Positions 63,023-64,000 of a stretch of 64,000 nt of DNA are shown piece after piece. The translations under genes and the position numbers were made by a program. The DNA comes from Balanoglossus misakiensis (Eukaryota > Animalia > Hemichordata): the NCBI GenBank assembly GCA_040954595.2, contig CM082589.2:12040894-12104893 (forward strand), read 5' to 3'. The notes under the pieces were generated by a model. It did no database searches. It was not told the DNA's origin and saw nothing but the letters and a program-made list of their open reading frames with translations. The first letter of the stretch is position 1. Every line of letters starts with the position of its first letter.

Positions 63023-64000
63023 ATGCCTCGTAAGAAGAACTGGAAGAAGAGTGATGTGCTGAAGAAGCGGTTGGGTTTGGGTCGTGTCCCACCAACCAGT
63101 GGAATTGTCACTCAGGGCCAATCTGTCCTGTTTGACCAAAATGACACTGTTACAGTGGGAAATGTATCTGGAAATTATGTCCCTCGGGACCTTATGAACT
63201 TGGATAATAAATCTGGAAATGATGTCCTTCGGGACGCTAAGAACTTGCAAAATGAATCTGATAATGAAGTCCTTCGGGACCATGATAACTTGCGAAATGA
63301 ATCATATGGTGTCCTTCGGGATCTAGATAACTTGCAAAATAACTCTTATGGTGTCCTTCGGGATCTAGATGACTTGCGAAATGAATCTGATGGTGTCCTT
63401 CGGGATCTAAATGACGGGCAAAATGAATCTGATAATGCTCTCCTTCAGGGTCATGGTGAACATGGAGATTTTGAGGACGTAAGTAACACTATGGCATGTG
63501 ATGTTGCACATGATAAAGGTGATCAAGGAGGAATTACTGTTGAGCATGAAGTTGAGGAGACTTATGTGATGGAAGAAGTTGATAATGTGAACATAGCAAG
63601 AGTTACAGAAACAGAGTGTGTTGGAAATGATTCACAAGATGGTGGTACCGAAACCAGTGAATATTTATTTTGTCCAATTACGTCTGTGATACAGCGTGAG
63701 TTATGTGACAAACTTCACTTACATAATGAAAATAATAATGAGTCTGTAAATGTAATTGAGGGTGTCGAAGCTGGTGAACCCTGTAAAATAAAGTCAATTG
63801 TTGGTGATGGTAACTGTTTGTTTCGGGCGTTGTCATATGCTGTAAGTGGAAGTGAGAGAAATCACAGAGTGATGCGAAAAGCCATTGTTAATCACTTGAA
63901 AGTCAATGAGAATGCATATTTAGATTTCATAAAGGCAATGGGATATACATCAGTTGCAGACTACATTGGAAAATCTAGAATGGATTGCCTTAACATTTGG
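63023..64000 (+). CDS. Helentron protein N-terminus with 14-15 aa repeats and an OTU domain (partial, runs off the window)
   Basis: tttttcag|ATG; 326 open codons: MPRKKNWKKS..., (VLRDLDNLQNESDG-like) x~6, FCPITSVIQRELCDKL, GEPCKIKSIVGDGNCLFRALSYAVSGSERNHRVMRKAIVNHL. Missing from the ORF track, presumably because no stop codon falls in the window. Confidence 0.88.
   Translation, partial: MPRKKNWKKSDVLKKRLGLGRVPPTSGIVTQGQSVLFDQNDTVTVGNVSGNYVPRDLMNLDNKSGNDVLRDAKNLQNESDNEVLRDHDNLRNESYGVLRDLDNLQNNSYGVLRDLDDLRNESDGVLRDLNDGQNESDNALLQGHGEHGDFEDVSNTMACDVAHDKGDQGGITVEHEVEETYVMEEVDNVNIARVTETECVGNDSQDGGTETSEYLFCPITSVIQRELCDKLHLHNENNNESVNVIEGVEAGEPCKIKSIVGDGNCLFRALSYAVSGSERNHRVMRKAIVNHLKVNENAYLDFIKAMGYTSVADYIGKSRMDCLNIW

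Larger units (their letters stand above)
60475..64000 (+). mobile_element. Left part of a probable autonomous Helentron/Helitron2
   Basis: Begins with the family terminus atatagctgccaagcagcaatggcgggcccaagcc, then unique sequence leading to an OTU ORF. The Rep/helicase domains are not inside the window. Confidence 0.75.

Overview
AT-rich, intron-containing animal genomic DNA, probably a marine invertebrate (inferred from the repeat families; the species cannot be determined). No intact host gene is visible. From left to right: (1) four calcium-binding-EGF exons (604-17339), two of them broken. (2) Inside one EGF intron, a ~10.9 kb decayed Academ/AcademX DNA transposon (3505-14441, 4-bp TSD). 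Its transposase carries an OTU deubiquitinase-like domain, and several smaller elements interrupt it. (3) A nine-exon internal fragment of DNA-PKcs (PRKDC; 19486-35599) with stops, frameshifts and a lost splice acceptor. (4) A ~24 kb block (36679-60474) that looks like satellite DNA but parses as non-autonomous Helentron/Helitron2 elements inserted into one another near their terminal hairpins. Stacked hairpins match hairpin-less bodies one for one (3:3 and 4:4). (5) The start of a probable autonomous Helentron with the same terminus, short leader exons and an OTU ORF open to the window edge. MITEs, LINE 3' fragments and a recurring hairpin-capped element architecture are scattered through the window. 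All coordinates were read by eye, and all homology calls come from recalled motifs, not database searches.
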